From: Octopus sinensis
Lineage: Eukaryota
Reading direction: 5' to 3'
Assembly (NCBI RefSeq): GCF_006345805.1
Contig: NC_043014.1
Coordinates: 32,364,001 to 32,428,000 of the forward strand
Length of the DNA: 64,000 bases
How positions within the stretch are numbered: position 1 is the first letter of the stretch; each line of letters starts with the position of its first letter. The notes under the pieces were generated by a model. It made no database searches, was not told the origin of the DNA, and saw nothing but the letters and a program-made list of their open reading frames with translations. Below are positions 50,466 to 63,283 of the stretch, in pieces. The translations under genes were made by a program, and so were the position numbers.

Positions 50466-51052
50466 TATAGCTCTATTCTTGTCTCTTCTCTAAACAACTT
50501 TATTCCATATGATGAATGCAATGCATATGTTTTCCTATGCACTAATCCAAAATCCCTCCTTTGATAGGGGAGGAGTCTAATAAAAGCTTTAAAAAAAATT
50601 ACCAAAAACAGTGTAAACAACAACCGCAATGACTAAAATAATAACTATTGTTACAGTAACCATGACTACAATAACAACAACTAAATTGCCAACCACAATA
50701 ACAACTACATTGACATCAACGTTTAATACCTACAACAATAATTTCAGTTGCAACACCAACAATTCCAAAATTCTTTCTACTATAGGCACAAGGCCCGGAA
50801 TTAGACTGGTGCTTATTTTGTTGACCCCAAAAAGAGGAAAGGCAAACTGGACTTCAGGGGAATTTGAACTCAGAATGTAAACCTTGAAGAAATACCACTA
50901 AGCATCTTGTCAAGTGTGCTGATAATTCTGCCGGCTCTTCACCATACAACAATTCCCAGAATTAAGCACAATAACAAGATTAATATCAACAACGCAACAA
51001 CAACACCAACACCAACAATCTACTGTGTTGTATAACAAACACACGCACATAT

Positions 51053-51113
51053 ATATTGTGAGATGTGAACTCACAACTTCTGGTTTACAAGACCAGTGCT
51101 CTAAACCACTAAG
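51053..51113 (-). pseudogene. tRNA-Thr(UGU)-like pseudogene
   Basis: Anticodon arm CTGGT-CTTGTAA-ACCAG and T arm GTGAG-TTCACAT-CTCAC pair perfectly, but the acceptor stem does not form. Confidence 0.7.
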
Positions 51114-51187
51114 TTTTTAAACCGTTGAGCATTATTAAAATAATAATGTGGTATTTCGTGTAAATTTTAACATTACTGAAGAAAATA

Positions 51188-51633
51188 GGTAGCAAGCTGG
51201 CAGAATCGTTAGCACGCCAGGCAAAATGCATAGCAGCATTTTGTCTGTTCTTATGTTCTGAGTTCAAATTCCACCAAGGTCAACTTTGCCTTTCATGCTT
51301 TCAGAGTCAATAAAATAAGTACCAAATGAACACTGGGGTTGATATAAACAGCTTACTCCCTCCCCCAAGTTTGCTGGCCTTCTGCCAAAATTTGAAGTTG
51401 ATATTACTGAAGAAAATAAGGTGGTGAGCTGGCAGAATTGTTAGGACACCAGACAAAATACTTAACAACATTTATTAATCTTCGTGCTCTGAGTTCAAAT
51501 TCTGCTGAGGCCGACTTTGCTTTTCATCCTTTTGGGGTTGATAAAATAAGTATCAGTTGAGCACTGGGGTCAATACTATCAACTTACCCCAAACCCTGGA
51601 ATTGCTGGCCTTGGGCCAAAATTTGAACCCAAT
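51188..51633 (+). mobile_element. Two tandem Nin-domain SINEs separated and flanked by a 16-bp direct repeat
   Basis: ATTACTGAAGAAAATA at 51172 and 51403, and ATTATTGGAGAAAATA at 51634. Confidence 0.85.
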
Positions 51634-52361
51634 ATTATTGGAGAAAATAGCATTTAGTAATTTATACCCTGTGTCCCTATTATAACATATTTACTAACCA
51701 AAGATAGAGCTTCTTTGTGATCATGAAAGCTACTAAAAAAATAACAGCCAAATTACCTTTAAATCACATCTCTCTTGAACAAAAACAACAACCGTGACAA
51801 CAACAGCAACAGCAGCAACTAGAACAACAGTCAGTAATTAGAGAAGGATTATAGTTGGATTAATTTATCCATCCACAATTCCTTCCCCAGACCAGTCCAG
51901 GGTGAAGGTCAGAGTTGACATAGAAATGATTTGAACTATGAATGTAAATAAGTGAAACTGAATATCTAATTTATTTATCTGTGTGTGTGTGTGTGTATGT
52001 ATACATGTGCACATATGCATGTGTGTATGTGCATGTGTGTGCATGCATGTGTATGTATCTTTGTTTCTCAATATACAGTGTGGGTCAAAAGTCATAAGTT
52101 CAATACAGTCCAGAATTATAAAATAAAATCAAGTAAAATAAACAAAATAAGGATGAATACCCACATACTTGTACATGTTGAACAAAATGAATAATAATAA
52201 TAATAGAATCAAAATTAAAAGAAGAGTGCCATTGTCATCCAGGCAATGATATTTTGACATCTTGTGTGTCTTCAACAGGTTCAAAAAATGGCACCCTTCT
52301 TTTAATTTTGACTCTATATCTTCTGGAGGAGTTACGTCAATCCTTTATATAATAATAATGA

Positions 52362-52441
<80 letters not shown>

Positions 52442-53124
52442 GTTGTTGTTGTTACTATTTCATTTATTAGCCACTAGGGTTGGATAATAATAACAATAAT
52501 AATATAATAATGATGAATACACACATACTTGTACATATTGAACAATAATAATAAATGCCCTGATGCAGTACTAGGCACTGGTTCTCATGGCTTCTGATCT
52601 TTGCTGATTGGAAGTGTTATCATGTACATTGTTTTATCTTAGGTATAAAAGATGGGCTACAGCAAATAGTCTGCTCAATACTACAGATTTGCTTGTCTGT
52701 TGTTTGACCATAACCAGTTGAGCATGTCCCTTAGTGGCTGACGATATGTGCATCTCTGATCATGAGCAGAAGTAGTGGAAGAGCATCATAGTCATATGTT
52801 GAGAGGAATTCTTTGGGGTTTGAATAATTCACCTCTGGAAACATGGGTGTTTCGTTCAACATCCTTAAACAACCTTTATTCAGGGACCTTTTGAGAGGGA
52901 TGGGCTACTCAACCAGAAGAAAATTCTAACTGGGCCCCACCTGCAAGGTCATGTGCTGTTTATCTTGATATGGGATCACCTTGTCACGCACATATGGTTG
53001 TGATTCATGTGCCTGGTATACCCTTATTAGGTAGGTAGTCATGATGGCTATATTGGGCTTTGTATATTTTACTCCAGTGTCACTTTGATGGCATGCACTG
53101 CTCTCTCACTCAATAATAATAATA

Positions 53125-53520
53125 ATGGATGAAAAAGGGGAGGCGAAAATCTTCTGGGACTTTGACCTCCAGACAGACAAGGTGTTAGAGCACCGAAGGT
53201 ATGATATATTAACCTTTAGGAGTGACAAACAAGAGTGCCTAATAATCAACATGGCAGTGCCAGAAGATCAACATATTATCATGAAAGAAAGGGAAAAGAT
53301 TGATAAATATGGATACCTGAGAATTGAGATCACCAAGATTTTGCAGCTATGAGAGTCAAACATAAAGTTTGTCCCTATTTTCATTGGAGCATTGAACTCA
53401 ATACAACGTAACCTGAAGAAACATCTGGAAACTTTAGAAATACCCCACAATCTAGGTGTATTGCAAAACTCGGAAATACATGCATATTGTATAAAGTACT
53501 ATCTGTCAGAGGTCCTTCTA
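53125..53520 (+). pseudogene. 3' fragment of a restriction-like-endonuclease LINE (R4/Dong-like)
   Basis: KIFWDFDLQTDKVLEHRRYDIL...CLIINMAVPEDQHIIMKEREKIDKY..L.IEI...FVPIFIGAL. Confidence 0.8.
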
Positions 53521-54289
53521 GTGTCTTGACAGACAGTACAAACCCCTGCTAGACACAATATCTTCAATCAACAACCACATGATATTAGATACTGTGCGAC
53601 ATCTTAAATAATAATAATGTAATATAAATGAAATGTCTAATGCTTTGGTATATGACTTTTTGTCCACTCTGTACTTTAAGAATGTGCCTCGAAGCATAAA
53701 GAAATCTACTAGCATATATAAAGAACATAGTTCAGTGCTATAACAACAGACTTAATTGAATGACAAAAACATTTTTTTTTCTTGATATTGGATATATTAT
53801 ACAACAAGCCTACATAGAATCTGAGGAATTTCAATTTTACAAGATCAACTCCAAATATTGTATAGAAAGATGCAATATCTGGACACATCACTGGTGTTAT
53901 ATTTTGGGGTCACTATATGATTTTTGGTCTCCTAAATCCACTAACTGTCAAGCAAATCCAATAACTAGGCTTAGATTGGATCAGGGTTATAATAAAAAAC
54001 ATTTCCACAATGTGGTTGGAAAGCAAGCTTTTCAATCACACAGCCACATGGGTGTCTATTGTATATTATTATTTCTGGAGTAAATTTCAACTATTAGTTA
54101 CTAAATTATCTAAATAATTATATAGCAAGTGACTCTGCCATCAGAATTTTCAGGTATCATAGCCATTTTAGAAACAGTTATTATTATTGTGATTCTACTG
54201 TTATATTGTACTAATACTGTGACCAGTTTAATTGCGCTTCCAATCAATTTACAACTCTTGCTGTAGAATGAGAAGCATATTTTGTACCT

Positions 54290-54679
54290 TACTCTCTTTA
54301 CTCTCTTTTGCTTGTTTCAGTCATTTGACTGCGACCATGCTGGAGCACCACCTTTAATCGAGCAACTCGACCCTGGGACTTATTCTTTTGTAAGCCCAGT
54401 ACTTATTCTATCGGTCTCTTTTGCCGAACCACTAGGTAATGGGGACATAAACACACCAGTATCGGTTGTCAAGCAATGCTAGGGGGATAAACACAGACAC
54501 ACAAACACACACACGCATATATATATATATACATATATACGACGGGCTTCTTTCAGTTTCTGTCTACCGAGGCTTTGGTCGACCCAAGGCTATAGTAGAA
54601 GACACTTGCCCAAGGTGCCACGCAGTGGGACTGAACCCAGAAGCATGTGGTTGGTAAACAAGCTACTTACCACACAGCC
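54290..54679 (-). mobile_element. CORE-type SINE
   Basis: Full body in reverse orientation. Confidence 0.88.
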
Positions 54680-54799
54680 GTCAAAAGTTTTTTTTTTTTT
54701 TTTGGCTGTTCATATCTGTTCTTACTTAGTTTTGTGGACTTTTGAGGTAACTGTAGCAGGACCAGAAAAAAAAAAAAAAGAACGAAAGAGGATTTTCTG

Positions 54800-55035
54800 C
54801 GTTGCACTCATTCCAGCATTTGAGTTATCACTATTTTCTAATCTGGAAATAGAAATAATCCAAATGTAGGCGGCTGAAAGCAGAAACAATTTCTGTAATA
54901 ACAGTGATCATGAGAATAATCAAAAAACATGCAGACAAATATATAGCCAAGAGCACAGGACTTAAACACATGCACAACATAGATAATATTTTATTACTAG
55001 GCACCACGTACATGTTATGTAGATTACTTTCAATA
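54800..55035 (+). pseudogene. Second 3' fragment of an RLE-type LINE
   Basis: LEIEI...LKAETISVI...IKKHADKY...NILLLGTTYMLCRLLSI*. Confidence 0.65.
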
Positions 55036-55139
55036 TAATAAGAGCACTGAAATAACAAAACCAACATAAAACACAAGATGTACACAGTACATACATATAC
55101 ATACATATATCCATTCATAAAATATATACAGGACAGCTG

Positions 55140-55570
55140 CATAAAGATGTTCTAAGAGAATCTGTGGAAAGGGTAGACCCAGGAAGACATGGAATGAAGT
55201 GGTGAGAAAAGATCTTTGGCTGTTGGGCCACACTGAAGAAATGACAAGGGAGTGGTGGCGATTTGCTGGACTTGAGAAGACACATCAAGTGAAGTAAAAT
55301 CATTGCTGTCCATACATACAGACTTACAGGTGTCGATGCTACATAAAATGCACTTGTGGCTGATGTTGCACGAATGCACCCATGCAAGTGGGACATAAAA
55401 TGCACCCAGCACACTCTGTAAAGTGGTTGGCATTAGGATGAGCATCCAACCATAGAAACCGTGCCAAAAAGAGACAATTTAGAGTCTGGACAGTTCCCTG
55501 GCTGGCCAGCTCCTATCAAACCATCTAACCCATGCCAACATGGAAAACAGATGTTAAACGATGATGATGA
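55140..55570 (+). mobile_element. RTE-type LINE 3' end: ORF2 terminus joined to the (GAT)n-tailed 3' UTR
   Basis: GKGRPRKTWNEVVRKDL...MTR...WRF followed directly by the tail family found across the window. Confidence 0.8.
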
Positions 55571-56102
55571 TAGGCATGGCTGTGTGGTAAGAAGCTTGCT
55601 TCCCAACCACATGGTTCCAGGTCCAGTCCCACTGCATGGCACCTTGGGCAAGAGTTTCCTACTATAGCCTCGGCCAACCAAAGCCTTGCATGTGGATTTG
55701 GTAGACGGAAACTGAAGAAGCTCATTGTATACATATATATATGTGTGTGTGTGTATATATATGTATGTATGTATATAATTATATTATATATATATATATA
55801 AAGAAATATTAAAATTACTAATCTCTCTAAAAGAGAACAGCGGCAGCGTTCCCCGGAAAAATAGTTATCGCCATACTAATATGGCATTCTTATAAAAATA
55901 AGAATAAAGCTTTATTCTTATTTTTATAAGAATGCCATATTAGTATGGCGATAACTATTATTTTCGGGAACGCTGCCGCTGTCTCTTTTAGAGAGACTTA
56001 GTAATTTTAATATTTCTATTATTGAAAACAAGTGGATGTATTCCACCGAAACTAGGTAAATAAAACCATCGAACAGAGATTGTCAAGAAGCGACACCTAC
56101 TG

Positions 56103-56159
56103 GCTGGCTACGTTGCATTGAAAAGGGGAATACCCCGAAACGCGTCTGTAGCTGCCGGT
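56103..56159 (+). ncRNA. Type I hammerhead motif with U3-A8 variant core (unit 1)
   Basis: GTTGCA / TTGAAAA (56118-56124) / GGGG-AATA-CCCC / GAAA / palindromic ACGCGT / GTC site (C17=56146) / TGTAGC. Stem I extends via GCTGGC:GCCGGT after an internal loop. Confidence 0.8.
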
Positions 56160-56458
56160 CAAGTGTGGAGCGACTGACCTCCCTTGTTCGAAGGTTATAT
56201 GGATACAGTTTGTGTATCAAATAGCTAACTTAAGGCGATGGCCTCATGGAGCTAATAAGCGGACAGCTTTATTCTTATTTTTATAAGAATGCCATATTAG
56301 TATGGCGATAACTATTATTTTCCGGGAACGCTGCCGCTGTTCTCTTTTAGAGAGACTTAGTAATTTTAATATTTCTATTATTGAAAACAGTGGATGTATT
56401 CCACCGAAACTAGGTAAATAAAACCATCGAACAGAGATTGTCAGAAGCGACACCTATG

Positions 56459-56516
56459 GCTGGCTACGCTGCATTGAAAAGGGGCAATACCCCGAAACGC
56501 GTCTGTAGTTGCCGGT
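56459..56516 (+). ncRNA. Type I hammerhead motif with U3-A8 variant core (unit 2)
   Basis: GCTGCA / TTGAAAA (56474-56480) / GGGG-CAATA-CCCC / GAAA / ACGCGT / GTC site (C17=56503) / TGTAGT. Confidence 0.8.
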
Positions 56517-57668
56517 CAAGTAGTGTGGAGCGACTGACCTCCCTTGTTCGAAGGTTATATGGATACAGTTTGTGTATCAAATAGCTAACTTAAGGCGATG
56601 CCTCATGGAGCTATAAGCGGACAGCTTTATTCTTATTTTTAAAGAATGCCATATTAGTATGGCGATAACTATTATTTATATATATATATATATAATATGT
56701 ATGTATGTATTTATTTTGTCCCCTAACCATCACTTGACAGCTGATGTTGGTGTGTTTACATTCCCATAACTTAGCAGTTTGGCAAAAGAGACTGACAGAA
56801 TAAATACTTGGTTTACAAAGAGTAAGTCCTGGGGTCAATTTGTTTGACTAAAGGCAATGCTCCAGCATGGCAACAGTCAAATGACTGAAACAACTAAAAG
56901 AATAAAAGAATATATACATATATATATATATAATATACATATACACACACACACTCACAGGATTCAAATTTGAGCTACCATTAGTTTTCTGCTGTGAAAA
57001 CATGATGGTTATTGAAGCTTGTGTTACCATGTGTTACCAAGCAATCTTTCAAACTTAAATATACAATATAGTTTGTGAAAGAAAGAAAAAACTTAAAGAA
57101 TGCTGGTCTTTAAAAAACAATAACAAAAACAACACTGGTCTTTGTGAAAAAAGGAGATGGATATGGAAAAGGAGAAAGGATGAAAGGAAGGTAAAAGAAA
57201 AAATGGAATGAAAAAAAGGAAAAAAGATGAAGAATTGCATCCCTTTGGTTCGTTTGGATCAGAATTAATATGGTTGGTATGAATTAACTCAACAGGGAGA
57301 AGGGCAAAGTTTGTGAGACTTCTTGCTTAATCCAGAGAGGGTGGTATTTTCCAGTCCAGTAAAAGAAATTTGTCCAGATGCCTAATTTTAATAAAAATTT
57401 CAGGTCTAGAATTTAGTAGGGCAATAGAGTTCTTAGATCTAAAGAGGATCATGTGTATGTGTGTGTGTGTGTACGTATGTATGTATGTATGTATGTATGT
57501 ATGTATGTATGTATGTATGTATGTATGTATGTATGAATGTGTGTATGTATGTGTGTATGTATGTGTGTATATATGTATGTACACAAGGTATACAGAGTTG
57601 TATTCAGTGATGCAGAGAAGGTACACAATGTAAATATATGACGACTACTACTACTACTGCTGCTGCTG

Positions 57669-57730
<62 letters not shown>

Positions 57731-57949
57731 GCTGCTGCTGCTACTGTTGCTGCTGCTGCTATTACAGCTACGACTACTATTGATAATAATAATAATGATG
57801 ATGATGATGATGACAAGAGCACTCAGAGAGTGCAAACCTCTGCCAAGGCAACACCAGCGTCCTCTCAACGAAATAATATCTGAAATAACCTTGACTGTTC
57901 TCCCAGACGAGAATTCTAAAAATGAACCCAACTGCTCTCAAAAATGAAG

Positions 57950-58160
57950 TAAAAAAAAACAGGAAAAATAATCCAGAATCCTTGTCCAGTACCAGATTGA
58001 TCCCAAAATCTAATCAATTTCTGCCAGTTATGAGGCCAAACATCCCTAAAAGTTTCATCCAAATCCATCCAGCAGTTCTTGAGATATCTTGTCCACGGAC
58101 AAACAAACTAACAAACATGACTGAAAACAATATCTCTACCTCCACTAAGGTGGAGGTAAT
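57950..58160 (+). mobile_element. Helentron-associated (DINE-1-like) 3' fragment
   Basis: AAGTTTCATCCAAATCCATCC..ACAAAC repeats and a terminal hairpin TACCTCCAC-TAAG-GTGGAGGTA (58137-58158). Confidence 0.6.
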
Positions 58161-58317
58161 AATAACAATTACTATAAACTTTTAATGAAAACTTAATTCT
58201 TAGTATATATGATCTCCTTTCCTATCATTGCTACTACTTGTAAATAACACCCACAGTAAAAACCCAACTTGCTGTTGCTTGAGATTTCTGGATGAAATTT
58301 TGGACAAAATCAAATTT

Positions 58318-58790
58318 GATGACTGGCATCAGTGCTAGTGGAGCGCTAAGAGCACCATCCTAGCATGATCATTGCCAGAGCAGCTAACTGGCTTCCGTGC
58401 TGGTGGCACATAAAAAGCACTATTTGAGCGTGATCGTTACCAGCATCACCTTACTGGCACTTGTACCAGTGGCACGTGAAAAAACATTCAAACGAGGTTA
58501 TTGTCAATGCCACTGGACTGGCTCCTGTGCAGGTGGCATGTAAAAAACACCATTTGAGCATGGCCGTTGCAAGTACTGCCTGACTGGCCCTCGTGCCTGT
58601 GACACATAAAAGCACCCACTAAACTCTCAGAGTGGTTGGCATTAGGAAGGGCATCCAGCTGTAGAAACTCTGCCAGATCAGATTGGAGCCTGGTGCAGCC
58701 ATCTGGTTCACCAGTCCTCAGTCAAATCGTCCAACCCATGCTAGCATGGAAAGTGGACGTTAAACGATGATGATGATGATGATGATGATG
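58318..58790 (+). mobile_element. RTE-type LINE 3' end with internal degenerate repeats and (GAT)n tail
   Basis: GGTGGCAC(A/G)TAAAAAGCAC modules repeated four times, then the family tail. Confidence 0.85.
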
Positions 58791-59284
58791 TTAGTAGAGA
58801 AGAGGGTGGTGGTGAGTGGTGGTGTTGATGGAGATTAGGATGATGACTGTTCCCTATTTAGGCACAAAGCCAGCAGTTTGGAGTAAACAAGGCCAGTTGA
58901 TCAAGTTGAGTCAAGTACTGAACTTGAACATTGTTTTATCGACTTTGAGATGATATAAAGAACAAGTTGATTTCAACAGGATTTGGACATAGAATATAGG
59001 GAGCCATAACAGCCTGAGGCATTTTGTCTGATGCCTTTATGGTTCTACTAATTCACAGCCCTTTCTATTTTCTAATTTAGGCACAAGGCCAGGAATTTTA
59101 AGAGAAGGTTTTTAAATCAATACCCTCAACACCTGTACTTATCTGAATCTTTATTTTATCAACCATAGAAAGAATGAAAGTCAAAAGTAGACTGTAGCAA
59201 CATTTGAACTCAGAATGTTATTGAATATCAACATAATATTTTGTCTAGTGCTCTATTTCTAACAATAGCCATTACCTAAAAAAT

Positions 59285-59502
59285 GGTTTCAAATTTTGGC
59301 ACATGGCTAGGAAGTTCAAGAGTGGGGTAAGTTGATTACATTGATCCTAGTACTCAACTGGTACTGGTACTTATTTTATCAACCCCTGAAAGGGCGAAGG
59401 GCAAAGTTAACCCCACTGGAATTTGAACTCAGGACATAAAGACAGACGAAATGCTGCTAAGCATTTTGCCTGGCAAGCTAATGATTCCGCCAGCTCACTG
59501 CC
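59285..59502 (-). mobile_element. Nin-domain SINE (other minus copies at 48585-48770, 50785-50940, 59065-59220)
   Basis: Reverse complement of the family body. Confidence 0.75.
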
Positions 59503-60047
59503 CTCCATTGTTTAAATAATGGCAAATATTTTTGCAGCAAAAAAAAAAAAGAGCAACGGTTTTTATTACAATAACAGAACAACAAAACCTCCACCAACAG
59601 CAATAACAACAACAAAATAACTACTACTACTACTACTACCACACCATCAAAAGGCAATATATTATACAATAATCCTATCATGTTTTTATTACTTTGTGTA
59701 TTAGTTTCAGTTATGTTTTGTCAATTACCAACAGTAACTAAATCTGTAGACTACATGTCTCTGCTGCCCCATCCCAGAGCACAGTATACACCACATGCTA
59801 TCAACAAACTTACTGATATGCTATCTTCATTGCTTTTCTTTTTATCCTTCTTTTGTTATGTAATAAATGCTGTAATCACAATTTATGTCAACATAAAATT
59901 GAGATCTTAATGTCAGAGCTTGACAAGTATACTTGTTCATGTATCTATGCATCTATCTATCTTCTACTATTATATATATGTATCCATGCATATGTCTACG
60001 TGTGCAAATATGTCTGTATATGTGTGTATATGTGTATGTATGGGTGC

Positions 60048-60081
<34 letters not shown>

Positions 60082-60137
60082 GATAGATATATAGATAGAT
60101 AGAGAGATGGATGGATGGATGAATGGATGGATGGATG

Positions 60138-60179
<42 letters not shown>

Positions 60180-61593
60180 CATTTGTGTCTATCTTTATGT
60201 ATCTGTACATGTATCTATTTCTCTCTCTCTCACACACAAACACAAGCATAACATGCACTCACTAACACAAACATAGACATGCACACTTACACACACACAC
60301 ATATCATCATCATCGTTTGTTTGCTATCTTTACAAGCGTGGGTTAGATGGATTGTCAAAGTCTGAGTCATGTCTTATTCAATGTTGCTCCTCCTTTAGAC
60401 ATAATCAGAAGACCACATTACTATCATAACTTTATTTTAGTATAATTTCTATAGCTGGATGCCCTGCTTAACATAATCCACTATATAAAGAGTACAGTGG
60501 GGGAGGGGGAAGATTTATCAGAGCACCAACACAAGATAGGTTGTCATATCCTTGATAAAACAAAAGACACATTTTGACCTTATGTCATCTCCACTCATTC
60601 ACCATTCCCTTTACACAGTATGCTAGGTGTATTTTATCATTGCACTAGTTCTACTGAGTCTGCCTATTACTCTTCAAGACAAAAGGACCTCATTGCTCAA
60701 TATTGTCTTCATTTGTACAGGATAATTCATCTAAAAGATTGGGTAGCACAAGACGAATAAGAGTAACAGGGAGTAGAAAGGCAAAGCATGAATCAGTGAA
60801 AAAGAGCAATCAGAGTGACAGAGGGGATGAGAAAGGAGAAATGGGAAAACAGCATTAGAAATATAAGAGAGTAATGGCAGCAAGGTGTAATAAGCAAGAG
60901 AGAAACAGTAATGGCAAGGAATATATGTACAAAATCATTCCAATGCCATCGTCACATGGAATATTAGATAATTCATTCAAAGAATTGAAACTTTCTAGCT
61001 TGTAGAATTATATTTACTAGTCTGTCATTAATGTGGGTGATGGTTCTAGGAAAGTTCAAAACGTCTCTGATGAAGTTTAGTGAATATGCACTTTTCTAAA
61101 TCACCATGATCATGTAACACTTCAAATATATCTAATTATATAATACACTGATTTTAACATTGAAGTCTTTCTTACTTGTGAACTATGTGTATACATCCAT
61201 AGCTACCTACAATGTATATGAATGCATGTATGTATGTATGTATGTATGTATGTATGTATGTATTATGTATGTATGTATAGATTTGTATGTTTGTGCATAT
61301 GTATATATGTATATGTATATATATGTATGAATATATATGTGTATAAATATATATGTATATCGATGTCTGAAATTCCCAATAGAGGGCGACACTGAACGAA
61401 CCGGTGTTTTCACACCTCTGTATCATAGGATCCACAGTAACTGTAGTGTATTTGCCTATTAGCAGTTGAAATATGTCTGTGACATATTTCGACTAGCCTA
61501 AATTCTGCTCATACCTAAACATTGCTTTACTAATATATATATATATATTTATACACACACATATATATATGTATGTATATATAAGTACATATT

Positions 61594-61650
<57 letters not shown>

Positions 61651-61761
61651 TTGTATGTATGTATGCATGCATGTATGTATGTATGTATGTATGTATGTAT
61701 GTATGTATGTATGTATGTATGTATGTATGTATGTATGTATGTATGTATGTGTCTTTATATA

Positions 61762-62956
61762 TATTGGGTTTAGTCATAAATAATTTCCAATTTTGTTAAA
61801 TACTTTTACTCGTGAAAAGATTTTACAAAGAATTATCTTCCATTATCAGTATAGTTGCCATTATTTTTGAATGATCTCTTACCATTTATCAGGTAGCTTT
61901 CTGATTCCACTCTAGTAAAATTCAGCTGGCCTCAGCATGAAGCTTTCCACATCTGTTTTCACTTGATGTACTTGAGAAAATTATTTCCCCATCAGAGCAT
62001 TTTGTAGAGAGTGAAGATGTAAATCAGTTGGTGCATGGTCCAGTGAATATGGTGAATGGAGTAAAACACACCAGCCCAAATCCAAATCCAATATTTTATC
62101 CTTGCATTATCATGGAGAAGCATAATGTTTCTCCTATTGACGAGTAAAGAGCATTTTCTTAAAAGATTTTCATACATGTGTTGCAGCTGGTCAGAGTATA
62201 TGTCAGCTTTAGTATTTGATTGTGGTTCAAAAACTCAGAATGAATAATACTGCAGTGATTCCACCATGCAGGCTGCATAACCTTCCTTCCATAGAGCTCA
62301 CTCTTTCAAATAAGTTGTGGAGATTTATCCTTGTTAGTCCACAGCCTTTTACATTTAAGATTGTCATAAAAGACCCATTTTCCATCACCTGTAATGATAA
62401 TGATGAAAAACGGGTCATTTTTCTACCTTGAAAGAAGACTTGTCCATGTAGACATGTGATCTTCCCTATTCCTCTCAAACACCCAGTTTGCTGACTTTTC
62501 CCATCTTTTTAAAGTGGCAGCAGATGGCAGATTGGAATGTGTTGAGGTCAACTGCTAATTCTCGAGTACTTTTACAATGACTTGAATTCCACTAATTCTC
62601 TTAAAGCATCATGGTCGAAGTCTGATGAGCATCATCTCTGGAACAACATTTTGAAAACCAATTTCACACTTGCTGATCTGTAATGACACCTTGGCCATAA
62701 ACACTGCATATTATCTTAGCTGTTTCTGTGGTATTTTTTCCATTCTTAAACTCTCACAGCATCACATGTTGAATATGCACTTCCAGTTCATCCATTTCAG
62801 GAGAGTGAAATTTAATATTAATCTATAACTTGCACACTTTCAGTGCTTAAATACAAATGACAGATGAGGGTCTTTTAAAAATGGTAGTTTCCATTTCCAT
62901 TTTAAACATTCAATTTACTTCCAAAATATAGAAATTATTTATGACTCAACCCAATA
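61762..62956 (-). mobile_element. Decayed full-span mariner element (~1.2 kb)
   Basis: TIRs TATTGGGTTTAGTCATAAATAATTTC / GAAATTATTTATGACTCAACCCAATA with TA flanks. Minus-strand ATG at 62795 (MDELEVHIQHVML..) and an LLHDNAR motif. Confidence 0.85.
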
Positions 62957-63010
62957 TACATATATCTATCTATCTACCTGTCTATATATACCTATATATC
63001 TATATATCTA

Positions 63011-63092
<82 letters not shown>

Positions 63093-63156
63093 ATATATAT
63101 ATTGTATATATATATACATATATATACATATATATATATTGTACACACATATATAT

Positions 63157-63197
<41 letters not shown>

Positions 63198-63209
63198 CAA
63201 TAAAATATT

Positions 63210-63252
<43 letters not shown>

Positions 63253-63283
63253 TATATGTATATATGTATATATGTATATATAT

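Larger units (their letters stand above)
55802..56677 (+). mobile_element. Retrozyme-like / Penelope pseudo-LTR-like tandem array: inverted 108-bp head plus ~2.15 copies of a 357-358-bp unit
   Basis: Palindrome centre AG|CT at 55909/55910. Unit starts at 55908, 56265 and 56623. One intact hammerhead per full unit, with (TA)n on both sides. Confidence 0.9.
55575..56910 (+). mobile_element. CORE-type SINE split by the hammerhead tandem array
   Basis: 5' half at 55575-55760 and 3' half at 56700-56910. Confidence 0.8.

Noticed and set aside
59810-59870. Candidate 56-nt minus-strand exon (TTACAG ... CA|GTAAGT)
   Set aside because: One frame is open, but such sites are common by chance. It needs RNA-seq and is not supportable from sequence alone.
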